IMG/VR virus record: IMGVR_UViG_3300042429_001107
Reading direction: 5' to 3' (one strand)
DNA length: 64,000 nt
Source: a virus
Shown: one piece after another, positions 54,692-62,765 of the stretch
Layout: each line of letters begins with the position of its first letter
How positions within the stretch are numbered: the first letter of the stretch is position 1
The notes under the pieces: generated by a model
Seen by the model: the letters and a program-made list of their open reading frames with translations, nothing else
What the model was told of the DNA's origin: nothing
Databases searched by the model: none
Made by a program: the position numbers and the translations under genes

Positions 54692-55639
54692 ATGTTAATT
54701 AAAGACGGGGATTATTCAGTAATATCTGATAATAAGAATAAAGATAATACACCTGAGACAGGGAATACAACTAATACAGGGAAACCAGAAGGCGGTGATC
54801 CTAATTTTGAAGATACTCCTAAAAAAATGGAAGACATACCTACAGTTGGTAGTGAATCACCTGGGGTAAAAACATTTAGGGATTTTGATACAACTGGTTC
54901 TTCTACACAAAAAGCAAAAGAGGTAAAAGCAGATAAGCCAAGTAAGATATTTAAAGGAGATTTAAAGACACCAAATTGGGCTGATATATCTAATCAGGCT
55001 TTAAGTAGATCTAAGCTATCTGACAAAGCTAAAAGACTGGTAAGGGCTTTAAAAACTAGTGAACCTCTAGTTAATTGGAAAAAAGAATTAAAGAAATTCT
55101 TTGATAATACATTCAAATCTAGCGAATGGGTTTTACCTAATAAAAGATTCCTTGCTGGCGGTGATATGATATACGGTCGTAAAGAAACTGGAGAAGACAC
55201 TTTAAAAACAATTGTTGCTGCTGTAGATACTTCAGGTTCGATTTCGAAAGAACAGGTTAAAGCATTTGTTAATGAGATAATGTATCTATGTAAAACATTT
55301 GATGCTGACAAGACTATAATTATATACTGTAGTGATGATATTGATAATGTTGATATAGTTAAAAAAGGGGGTCAGCCAGATCTCACTAAAATAGCTTCTA
55401 CTGGGGGTAATGATAAAGGATTTATTCCGCCATTCCAATGGGTCGAGAAGAATAAAATAAAGCCATCAATATTTATTTACCTAACAGATACAGGAGGAGA
55501 AATGCCAGATCCTTATAAATATGGAATAAGTAAATATAGAAAGAAAGTATTATGGTTTATATGCTCTCCAGAAATGTACAATCCTCCTTCATTTGGAAAA
55601 ATACTTTTTGCACCAGTTGGTTCTATAAGACCTAAATAA
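54692..55639 (+). CDS. vWA domain protein (DUF2201-like), module 2
   Basis: VNWKKEL, VDTSGS MIDAS, STGG, YLTDTGG. Confidence 0.85.
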   Translation: MLIKDGDYSVISDNKNKDNTPETGNTTNTGKPEGGDPNFEDTPKKMEDIPTVGSESPGVKTFRDFDTTGSSTQKAKEVKADKPSKIFKGDLKTPNWADISNQALSRSKLSDKAKRLVRALKTSEPLVNWKKELKKFFDNTFKSSEWVLPNKRFLAGGDMIYGRKETGEDTLKTIVAAVDTSGSISKEQVKAFVNEIMYLCKTFDADKTIIIYCSDDIDNVDIVKKGGQPDLTKIASTGGNDKGFIPPFQWVEKNKIKPSIFIYLTDTGGEMPDPYKYGISKYRKKVLWFICSPEMYNPPSFGKILFAPVGSIRPK

Positions 55640-55654
55640 TAAGAAATTAAAGAA

Positions 55655-56524
55655 ATGAAAAGAATTAAATCTTTTAAGTTATTCGAATCATATTCTATAG
55701 GAATATTTGGAGTTAATGAAGTTGATACTGATGACGAATATATTAATGCTTATGCTTCGGCAAGATCAGGAATGATCAAATCTAATTTTTATAAGGACTT
55801 TAAAAATTGGTTAGTTTATAAAGCTTATGAGAGAATATTAATGGATAATGAAGGAGAATCATATAATGATCCCACGTCAATAATAAAATCCGAGGATTCT
55901 AAAATACAATCTCTCGTAAAATACCCTATGAATTATTCTGACGACGGATTTGATTACGAAAAATCTATTAAGGAAATGGGGGTTACAGATAACATTAATG
56001 ATGTAATAACTAGATTAGCTAGAGAATTAAAAATATGTGAACCTGCTAAAAATCCAAATCTACCTCAAGTAAATAAAGCGGTTTCGGTTATTATCGATGG
56101 AGACATTAATGAAGTATTAGATAACATATTTTGGCCAGGTAATATGCCTAATATTAAAGAATTAAAATATTTAGATCTTTTTGGAGATGAAAGAAGAGAA
56201 AATTTTGGGATCAATAATTCACTAAGAGAATCATTAGAGAGAACATGTAATAAATATGCTTCTATGGAGAGGGATATAAATTCATTGGGTAAAAAATTCA
56301 TGAATCTTTTAAAAGAGATTGGTGAAAGCCAAATAGAATCTTTAAGAGTATTAGAATTTCCTCAGGTTGTTACTGAAGCTATAGTGGAATATTTTAGTAA
56401 AGCTGAAGATTCATTTAAAGTTGCTGATGAGGTAAGAAAAGGAAGTGAGCATATATACAATAAGATAAAATCCTTATTACCTAATATTGATACTGCAGCA
56501 GATCTAGGAGATCTAGGATTCTAA
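55655..56524 (+). CDS. Hypothetical protein with targeting-like N-terminus
   Basis: MKRIKSFKLFES; ends AADLGDLGF. Confidence 0.55.
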   Translation: MKRIKSFKLFESYSIGIFGVNEVDTDDEYINAYASARSGMIKSNFYKDFKNWLVYKAYERILMDNEGESYNDPTSIIKSEDSKIQSLVKYPMNYSDDGFDYEKSIKEMGVTDNINDVITRLARELKICEPAKNPNLPQVNKAVSVIIDGDINEVLDNIFWPGNMPNIKELKYLDLFGDERRENFGINNSLRESLERTCNKYASMERDINSLGKKFMNLLKEIGESQIESLRVLEFPQVVTEAIVEYFSKAEDSFKVADEVRKGSEHIYNKIKSLLPNIDTAADLGDLGF

Positions 56525-56545
56525 AAAATAAAATAAAATAAAAAT

Positions 56546-56983
56546 ATGACTTTTGGCGAATATAAAGAAAACGGAATGGAAGGTACAGAAGAAGATTCTC
56601 AGCTTCAAGGAATTAAACAATTAGGTTCTTCATTAGATGAGCATTTTGTAAACCTATTGCTTTTCCAAGCACAACTTAAAATTATGCACTGGGGTACAGA
56701 ATCTTATTCACAGCATAATGCTTATGGTATGACTTATGATTCTATATCTGATGGATTAGACACATTAGTAGAATCTTATCAAGGATATCACGGAAGAATA
56801 GATTTTGGTAATAGCTGCGAGTTCATAAGCTTCTCTGATGTGGAACCTAATTCATGGTTAAAAACCATGATGGAATGTTTAACTACATTAAGAGAAAATG
56901 TTAAAGAATCTGATTTACAAAATCTGATAGATGAACTTATAGCAGGTGTTTCTAAATTGATGTATTTATTAACTTTGAAGTAA
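56546..56983 (+). CDS. Ferritin/Dps-like four-helix protein (DUF5856-like)
   Basis: MHWGTESYSQHNA...YD...DTLVESYQG...LQNLIDE...YLLTLK. Confidence 0.75.
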   Translation: MTFGEYKENGMEGTEEDSQLQGIKQLGSSLDEHFVNLLLFQAQLKIMHWGTESYSQHNAYGMTYDSISDGLDTLVESYQGYHGRIDFGNSCEFISFSDVEPNSWLKTMMECLTTLRENVKESDLQNLIDELIAGVSKLMYLLTLK

Positions 56984-56997
56984 TCATTTCTTTTAAC

Positions 56998-57918
56998 ATG
57001 AGAATAATGAATTTTTCACAATTTTTAAACGAGAACTCAGAAGGTGGATATTCTTCTTTTGAAGCTTTACCTAAACCTCTCAAAGATTTTTTTATTGACG
57101 GGGTTGGAAAAAACATACTATCTAAAGTAGTCGGACTTAAAAACTTTTCAATAGAACTTCAAGGATCAGAGATATATTTCGTTATTAACGGTAATAAAAT
57201 ACTAGTTCCGTTTGTTAATTATGTTTATGATCAAGTTGTGCCTAATACTAAATCATTAACAAATGAACCAATCATTTATAATTTTTATAATAGTTTAGGA
57301 ATGGATTTAGATAATTCTAGCTACAGATTCTATAAACATGATATAAATGGTTTATCTAGATTATTCTATCCTATATTTACCAAACTTAGAGATATTATAA
57401 AAGATGATAGACCACTTCTAAATCCTTTTAATGATATTGATCTAAAAAACAACCGTCTTATACAATTATTAGATAAATTAGGTGCTTATATTGATACTAG
57501 TGATCAAAGGAAAAAGAAAGGGATTTTAAGATTCTCATTAAAAGATTTTGGTTATGGACTTATCATACAACCTAATGGTTATATGAGAATTGATTACGGT
57601 GATAAAACACCAATTCTTACAACTAAGATGGAAATAACAGCACCTGCTTATACTGAGGATGATCTCAATTTAAAATTATCATATTTAGTTGTTTATCTTA
57701 TGAAAGATATACTTAAAAAATATAATGTTCCAGTAAAAACTATAAACTTGCTGGCTAAATTCTACGGAGATAGTGATCTTAACGAATATGATAACCTAAT
57801 AAAAGAAATATCTTTAAACTATCCAGGAGCAACTTCTCTTCTTCCTGATCCTAACTCGGTACTAAATCCTAGCGTAAAGAAAGGATCTAGTATGCTAAGA
57901 AGATTTGGAGTTATCTAA
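56998..57918 (+). CDS. Hypothetical protein with capsid-targeting-like N-terminus
   Basis: MRIMNFSQFLNEN; ends KKGSSMLRRFGVI. Confidence 0.55.
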   Translation: MRIMNFSQFLNENSEGGYSSFEALPKPLKDFFIDGVGKNILSKVVGLKNFSIELQGSEIYFVINGNKILVPFVNYVYDQVVPNTKSLTNEPIIYNFYNSLGMDLDNSSYRFYKHDINGLSRLFYPIFTKLRDIIKDDRPLLNPFNDIDLKNNRLIQLLDKLGAYIDTSDQRKKKGILRFSLKDFGYGLIIQPNGYMRIDYGDKTPILTTKMEITAPAYTEDDLNLKLSYLVVYLMKDILKKYNVPVKTINLLAKFYGDSDLNEYDNLIKEISLNYPGATSLLPDPNSVLNPSVKKGSSMLRRFGVI

Positions 57919-57923
57919 ATATT

Positions 57924-57952
57924 GAAACTTAATTTCCCTTGTTAAATATAAA
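57924..57952 (+). promoter_or_regulatory. Middle-type promoter GAAAC-N18-TATAAA
   Basis: Intergenic, same spacing. Confidence 0.6.
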
Positions 57953-57978
57953 GTTAAACCAATAATCTTTATATTATT

Positions 57979-58335
57979 ATGTCATTCCACAAAAGATTTT
58001 ATACTTGGGAGAGAATAAAAGATAAAACTAGCTCCAATTTTAACGAATTTGATATGTGGCTTTATAAGCCGGATGCACATATTCTGCAAGACACTGAATC
58101 CTCCGATTTTTTTGGTGCCTATTTTGCTTTACCTAACGATTTAAAAGAGAATCTTTATGAATCTTTGAAAGTTGAAGAGGAAAGTTTCCTTAAAGATCTT
58201 ATTAAATGTATTAAAGTTGTACATGAGAATAAGAACGGTGAAAATCACGACGAAGCAATACAAAATTATAGGTCTTTATTCGTATCTAAGTGGGATACTA
58301 AGGCATTGAAATACCAAAATCTAATAGAAAAATAA
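57979..58335 (+). CDS. Hypothetical protein
   Basis: ORF after a middle-type promoter. Confidence 0.5.
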   Translation: MSFHKRFYTWERIKDKTSSNFNEFDMWLYKPDAHILQDTESSDFFGAYFALPNDLKENLYESLKVEEESFLKDLIKCIKVVHENKNGENHDEAIQNYRSLFVSKWDTKALKYQNLIEK

Positions 58336-58336
58336 A

Positions 58337-58609
58337 ATGGATAATAATCAAGTAAAAGTTGATCTGACAGAAACACCTTGGATTAAGTGTGAAGATGGAA
58401 ATATGATGTGGGAAACATCTATGCTATTTAAAAGGATATCACCTCTTCTGAGTCCTTCAGGAAAAGAAGAGCTTGTTCCCGCAGAACTTGTCACGTGTAA
58501 AAAATGCGGAAAGGTTCCTAGATTCTTTTTTGATATGGCTAAAGGCATTCCAGACGAACTAAAATCAACATGTCATCTTAAATCATCTCTTAATGCTTCG
58601 GTATATTAA
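58337..58609 (+). CDS. Small Zn-ribbon-like protein
   Basis: IKCE...ISPLLSPSGKE...CKKCG. Confidence 0.5.
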   Translation: MDNNQVKVDLTETPWIKCEDGNMMWETSMLFKRISPLLSPSGKEELVPAELVTCKKCGKVPRFFFDMAKGIPDELKSTCHLKSSLNASVY

Positions 58610-58623
58610 AGAATAATTTAGGA

Positions 58624-58660
58624 AATCATTTTTTTAATCTAGACTTTTCTATTATCTTTG
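58624..58660 (+). promoter_or_regulatory. Host-type (Bacteroidota) promoter AATCAT...TATCTTTG
   Basis: TAnnTTTG -7 element upstream of the accessory operon. Confidence 0.6.
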
Positions 58661-58682
58661 TTTAAATTCTAAAACTAAAGAA

Positions 58683-59000
58683 ATGGAAAAAGCACAGATT
58701 AAATCGAAAATTTCGGAGATTATTTTAAAAGGCGGGAAGGTATTATTATTCCTCTTTATCTTTACCCTTGGTTACGTTGTTTGCGATATTTACCATAGAG
58801 CTAAAAAAGAGCCAGGCGTAACTTCAGTAGCAAAGGTAACTAAAACGATTGGGAAAGTGTCCGTTGCTATTAATGAAAGGAATGAATTAATGATCATAGA
58901 TCGAACTAACGGAAATTATGAGATCTATCAGGATTCTGTTGGAAGGTGTATATTTAATCTTTATGCCAATAGCATCCAGTCTAAATACGAAGGGCAATGA
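58683..59000 (+). CDS. Membrane-anchored hypothetical protein
   Basis: N-terminal TM helix; coupled to the transglycosylase gene. Confidence 0.5.
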   Translation: MEKAQIKSKISEIILKGGKVLLFLFIFTLGYVVCDIYHRAKKEPGVTSVAKVTKTIGKVSVAINERNELMIIDRTNGNYEIYQDSVGRCIFNLYANSIQSKYEGQ

Positions 59001-59524
59001 AATCCGCAGCTTTAATTATTAAGCTTGGTATATTTGGCATTTTAACTGTGCCATTTAGGCTTTATTTCGAGCCTAGCGAGACTAAATATGAAAAGCAAGA
59101 GGTAAACATGGGGAGCGTCGATATCGACGCTCCTACACCTCTTAAAATGTTTAATGCCATAGAGAAATATTCTGCTATTTATAAGATACCTCTTAAATAT
59201 GCACTAGGTGTAGCTTATGCAGAAACTAGATACTCCGGTCCTTTTCATTGGAAATATAATCCCCAACAAACATCATGTGCAGGAGCACTTGGTCCTATGC
59301 AAATAATGCCGAGTACCGCAAATTCAATATGGAATAAGAACATACCGAGAGCAGAATTAATTTCTGATATAGATCTAAATGTCGAGACCTCTATGAAGCT
59401 TCTAAGAAAGCTTTATGATAGGTATAAAAATTGGAAGATCGTATTCGGATGTTATAATACAGGAAGGCCTTGTGTTAATGATTACGCAGAAAGAGTTTAT
59501 AATTTTAATCCAAATATAAGATGA
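58997..59524 (+). CDS. Lytic transglycosylase (SLT domain) with N-terminal anchor
   Basis: AETRY (catalytic Glu), GALGPMQIMPSTA, YNTG. Confidence 0.85.
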   Translation: MKSAALIIKLGIFGILTVPFRLYFEPSETKYEKQEVNMGSVDIDAPTPLKMFNAIEKYSAIYKIPLKYALGVAYAETRYSGPFHWKYNPQQTSCAGALGPMQIMPSTANSIWNKNIPRAELISDIDLNVETSMKLLRKLYDRYKNWKIVFGCYNTGRPCVNDYAERVYNFNPNIR

Positions 59525-60216
59525 TCTATTGCTCAATTGATTTAGAGACAACTGGACTTAAACCAGAAAGCCACCAGATATTAACTTTCTCTGGTATATT
59601 AGAAGATACTTCTAAAGTTCTTCCTTTTGAAGAAATACCTAAATTTAATATCTACATATTAAGAGATGGTATAACAGGAAGTCCTTTTGCAATAAATATG
59701 AATTCAGAAATCATAGAACGTATTGCAACATATCTTAATACTAGGGATACAGATGCTAGAATGATACAACGTCAAATAGTTGATGGCGTATTTCTTTATG
59801 AGTATGAGGTTACTTTCTATTTTTATTTATGGTGCTTAGTACACCAAGAAGAGAGATCTGATTTAGAACATCTTTTACATTCAGAAGAATGGGGATCTAG
59901 AAAGAACCCTTTAATATCAGTGATCTCCGAAATTAGATACACAAATTCTAAAATAGGATGCAATGCAGCAGGAAAGAATTTCTCTAGCTTCGATAAAAGA
60001 TTCCTAGATAAGATTGATAAGCTATATGACTTTGTTTATTTTAGACAAAGAGTATTGGATCCTAGCGCTCTTTATATAGATTGGGATAACGATAAGACAT
60101 CACCAGATCTTAGTACATGTAAGAGAAGAGCTGGTCTAGATGATTTTGTCTCTCACGATTCTATTGATGATGCTTGGGACGTTGTTGAATTATTTAGAAA
60201 ACATTATAAGAAATGA
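59521..60216 (+). CDS. DEDDh 3'-5' exonuclease
   Basis: IDLETTGL, GKNFSSFDKRFL, HDSIDDA. Confidence 0.85.
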   Translation: MIYCSIDLETTGLKPESHQILTFSGILEDTSKVLPFEEIPKFNIYILRDGITGSPFAINMNSEIIERIATYLNTRDTDARMIQRQIVDGVFLYEYEVTFYFYLWCLVHQEERSDLEHLLHSEEWGSRKNPLISVISEIRYTNSKIGCNAAGKNFSSFDKRFLDKIDKLYDFVYFRQRVLDPSALYIDWDNDKTSPDLSTCKRRAGLDDFVSHDSIDDAWDVVELFRKHYKK

Positions 60217-60380
60217 AAAAGACAGCATTAGAATTTTTAGAAAGTATTGATGTTGAGAAGTTGGCTGAAGAATTTGCTAAGAATCATTCAATATATCCAA
60301 CAGCACAAGATGATACTGAGTATGGATTTAAACACGGATTCCAAAAAGCAATTGAATTAATTAAACAACAAGAACAATGA
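60213..60380 (+). CDS. Micro-ORF cassette 1, 55 aa (not in ORF track)
   Basis: MKKTALEFLESIDVEKLAEE...ELIKQQEQ; ATGA coupled at both ends. Confidence 0.6.
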   Translation: MKKTALEFLESIDVEKLAEEFAKNHSIYPTAQDDTEYGFKHGFQKAIELIKQQEQ

Positions 60381-60514
60381 TAAAAGAACAAGCCAAAAGA
60401 TTAAAGACTGACCATTGGCACAAGAAGTTAAGAAGATGGTGGAAGTTCAAGCGTTGGTTGTGGATGTGTAAAACACGAATCATTATTAATTATTTTAAAC
60501 AACAAGAACGATGA
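60377..60514 (+). CDS. Micro-ORF cassette 2, 45 aa, basic/Trp-rich (not in ORF track)
   Basis: MIKEQAKRLKTDHWHKKLRRWWKFKRWLWMCKTRIIINYFKQQER. Confidence 0.55.
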   Translation: MIKEQAKRLKTDHWHKKLRRWWKFKRWLWMCKTRIIINYFKQQER

Positions 60515-60633
60515 AGATAATTAGCCTTTACCCAAGCAATGATGTGTACCAAGTAGTAAATGAAGATGAAACAACAGTATGGTTTCAAGGTAGCAAAGAT
60601 GATTGTATAAAATATTTATTAGTGAACAATTAA
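60511..60633 (+). CDS. Micro-ORF cassette 3, 40 aa (not in ORF track)
   Basis: MKIISLYPSNDVYQVVNEDETTVWFQGSKDDCIKYLLVNN. Confidence 0.55.
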   Translation: MKIISLYPSNDVYQVVNEDETTVWFQGSKDDCIKYLLVNN

Positions 60634-60646
60634 ATCAGAATAAGAA

Positions 60647-60901
60647 ATGAAATTTTTAAAAATATTTATTGTCATATTTTTGATAACAGGAACTATAAAT
60701 ATAATTTATCTAATTTATTTAGACAGAAAAGATCCTCCATGTAACTGTTTAGTCACAGCTAAAAATGGTGAAAAAATCAGAGCAAAAAGAGTGAATTGGT
60801 ATAATTCAGGTTTTGCTGATATTAAAAAATGTAACGGCGAGAATTTAATTTTACGAAGCAATACAATACTCAAAGTTGAATCATTAAAAGTGATAAAATG
60901 A
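60647..60901 (+). CDS. Small membrane-anchored protein
   Basis: N-terminal TM helix. Confidence 0.5.
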   Translation: MKFLKIFIVIFLITGTINIIYLIYLDRKDPPCNCLVTAKNGEKIRAKRVNWYNSGFADIKKCNGENLILRSNTILKVESLKVIK

Positions 60902-61323
60902 TAATGGAAAAAACACTTTATATAGTTAGAGGAGTACCTGGATCAGGTAAATCAACATTTGCTAAGAAATTAGTAGAACACGATTTCTTAGTTTGTGAAG
61001 CAGACAAATATTTTGTTGATAAAGAGACTGGAGAATATAAATTTGATTTATCTAAGATTAAAGAAGCTCATAAATTCTGTCAAGATCTCGTGGAAACTTA
61101 CATGAAGGATTCATTAGTTAATGATCAATTCTACAGAGAGATTGCTGTTTCAAATACATTCACTCAAGAATGGGAAATGGAACACTATACGGAATTAGCA
61201 AAAAAATACGGGTACGCTGTGTTTACATTAATTGTTGAAAATAGACACGGAGGTAAAAACATTCACAACGCTCCTGATGAGATCATAGAAAAAATGAAAC
61301 AAAGATTTGAGATTAAACTATAA
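60898..61323 (+). CDS. P-loop kinase (AAA_33 / polynucleotide kinase-like)
   Basis: RGVPGSGKSTFA, EADKYF, VSNTFTQEWEM, NIHNAP. Confidence 0.8.
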   Translation: MIMEKTLYIVRGVPGSGKSTFAKKLVEHDFLVCEADKYFVDKETGEYKFDLSKIKEAHKFCQDLVETYMKDSLVNDQFYREIAVSNTFTQEWEMEHYTELAKKYGYAVFTLIVENRHGGKNIHNAPDEIIEKMKQRFEIKL

Positions 61324-61328
61324 AAAAT

Positions 61329-61841
61329 ATGAAATATATTGTAGTAGATGTGGAATCTGATGGACCTCTTCAAGGAATAAACTCAATGGTTTGCTTTGGT
61401 GCTGTTATTGTTGAAGAGGGTTTAGAAAGAACTTTCTACGGTAAATTAAAACCAGTATCTAGCGAATACAATCCAGAATCTTTAGCTATCAGCGGATTTA
61501 GCAGGGAAGAACACGAACAATTTGACGATCCAAAAGAAGTTATGGAAGCTTTCGCAAAATGGATATCAGATAATATTGAAGGTAGCCCAATATTAATTTC
61601 CGATAATAACGGATATGATGCACCTTGGATTAATTGGTACTTTCATCGCTATCTTGGAAGCAATCCTTTCGGGTGGACTTCCAGAAGAATAGGAGATATC
61701 TATTGCGGGTTTAAGAATGATCTTAGAGCCAGTTGGAAACAACTCAGAGAGACTAAGCACACTCACAATCCAGTGGATGATGCTAAGGGTAATGCAGAGG
61801 CATTATTAGCAATGAAAAAAATGGGATTAAAATTAAAATAA
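61329..61841 (+). CDS. DEDDh 3'-5' exoribonuclease (Rv2179c-like)
   Basis: VDVESDGP, DNNGYDAPW, HTHNPVDDAKGNA. Confidence 0.8.
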   Translation: MKYIVVDVESDGPLQGINSMVCFGAVIVEEGLERTFYGKLKPVSSEYNPESLAISGFSREEHEQFDDPKEVMEAFAKWISDNIEGSPILISDNNGYDAPWINWYFHRYLGSNPFGWTSRRIGDIYCGFKNDLRASWKQLRETKHTHNPVDDAKGNAEALLAMKKMGLKLK

Positions 61842-61852
61842 AAAATAAAATT

Positions 61853-62146
61853 ATGGAAAAATTTGGTAAATTTTGCTTTGGAGTATTGTCAATTATTACA
61901 AGATCATTACTTAGTGGCTACGCTTTTATGAAATTGTGGGGATGGTTTATTGTGTATACTTTTCATGTGAATCCAATTAACTTAATTCAATCTATCGGAC
62001 TTGTATTCTTTTGGGGGTATTTAAAACCGAAAAAGAAAGATGAAGATGGATTCACTTGGGAAAAATTTATAAAGGAGTTTGTTGAAGACCTTTTATTAGT
62101 TGTCGTTGTTTTAGGGTTAGGGTATTTAATCACCTTGTTTCAGTAG
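61853..62146 (+). CDS. Small multi-pass membrane protein
   Basis: Three hydrophobic segments, LWGWFIV motif. Confidence 0.55.
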   Translation: MEKFGKFCFGVLSIITRSLLSGYAFMKLWGWFIVYTFHVNPINLIQSIGLVFFWGYLKPKKKDEDGFTWEKFIKEFVEDLLLVVVVLGLGYLITLFQ

Positions 62147-62179
62147 TATTCTGATCCCCTTATAAGTATTTATCTTTTT

Positions 62180-62208
62180 GAAACTAATAAAAGATTCTGA
62201 TATATAAT
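62180..62208 (+). promoter_or_regulatory. Overlapping middle (GAAAC-N18-TATAAT) and late (GATATATA 62199-62206) promoters of tmRNA
   Basis: Both motifs present about 10 nt before the tmRNA 5' end. Confidence 0.6.
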
Positions 62209-62216
62209 AGAGTAAT

Positions 62217-62671
62217 GGGCCTGTTTTTGGATTTGACAGGCGGAGGTAGTTCTTTGAAATGCAGGCCGTGTTAGATGGAAACACGATAATAACCTATCAA
62301 CGCTATAAACGGCAAAACGATTAACACCGAGGATATGATGAGTATCCTCACTTCTATTACAGCACCAGTTGTTGTAGCAGAAGAGGCTGAGTTGCTATTA
62401 GCAGCTTAACCACTGAGTCGCACTTACTCAGTAAAAGAAATGTGCTGGTGGAGTTGACCTATCCTTAAGGTCGGCCTTGAAAACCGGGTTAATACCTGGA
62501 ATTCTTTGACTGAGCATTAAGTCACAAAAAGAAATGCAAACCATTGGTTGTTAGGTTAACGATGGTGAAGAACTAACCAACTATTTTGACACTTTAGAAA
62601 AAGTGTCTAAGCCTGTGAATGAGTTTCTTGAGCATTCGATCTGGACCCGGGTTCGAACCCCGGCAGGTCCA
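62217..62671 (+). ncRNA. ssrA: tmRNA
   Basis: Acceptor stem GGGCCTG/CAGGTCC-A with G3:U wobble, GGATTTGAC D-like loop, T arm CCGGG-TTCGAAC-CCCGG, internal tag ORF 62311-62409 ending LAA-stop; CCA not encoded. Confidence 0.92.
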
Positions 62672-62677
62672 CTCATA

Positions 62678-62714
62678 AAAATCCCCGAATCATTTTTTTG
62701 TTTTGGGGATTTTT
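62678..62714 (+). terminator. Hairpin terminator after tmRNA, overlapping a host-type promoter (AATCAT 62688 ... TATTTTTA 62717)
   Basis: AAAATCCCCGAA / TTTGGGGATTTT inverted repeat. Confidence 0.65.
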
Positions 62715-62765
62715 CTTATTTTTACATCATGGATATTTCTCAAAAACGATTAAAAATTTCTAGAC

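Noticed and set aside
62641-62674. Stand-alone tRNA gene
   Set aside because: The T arm and acceptor strand pair with 62217-62223; no anticodon arm, so it is the tmRNA 3' end
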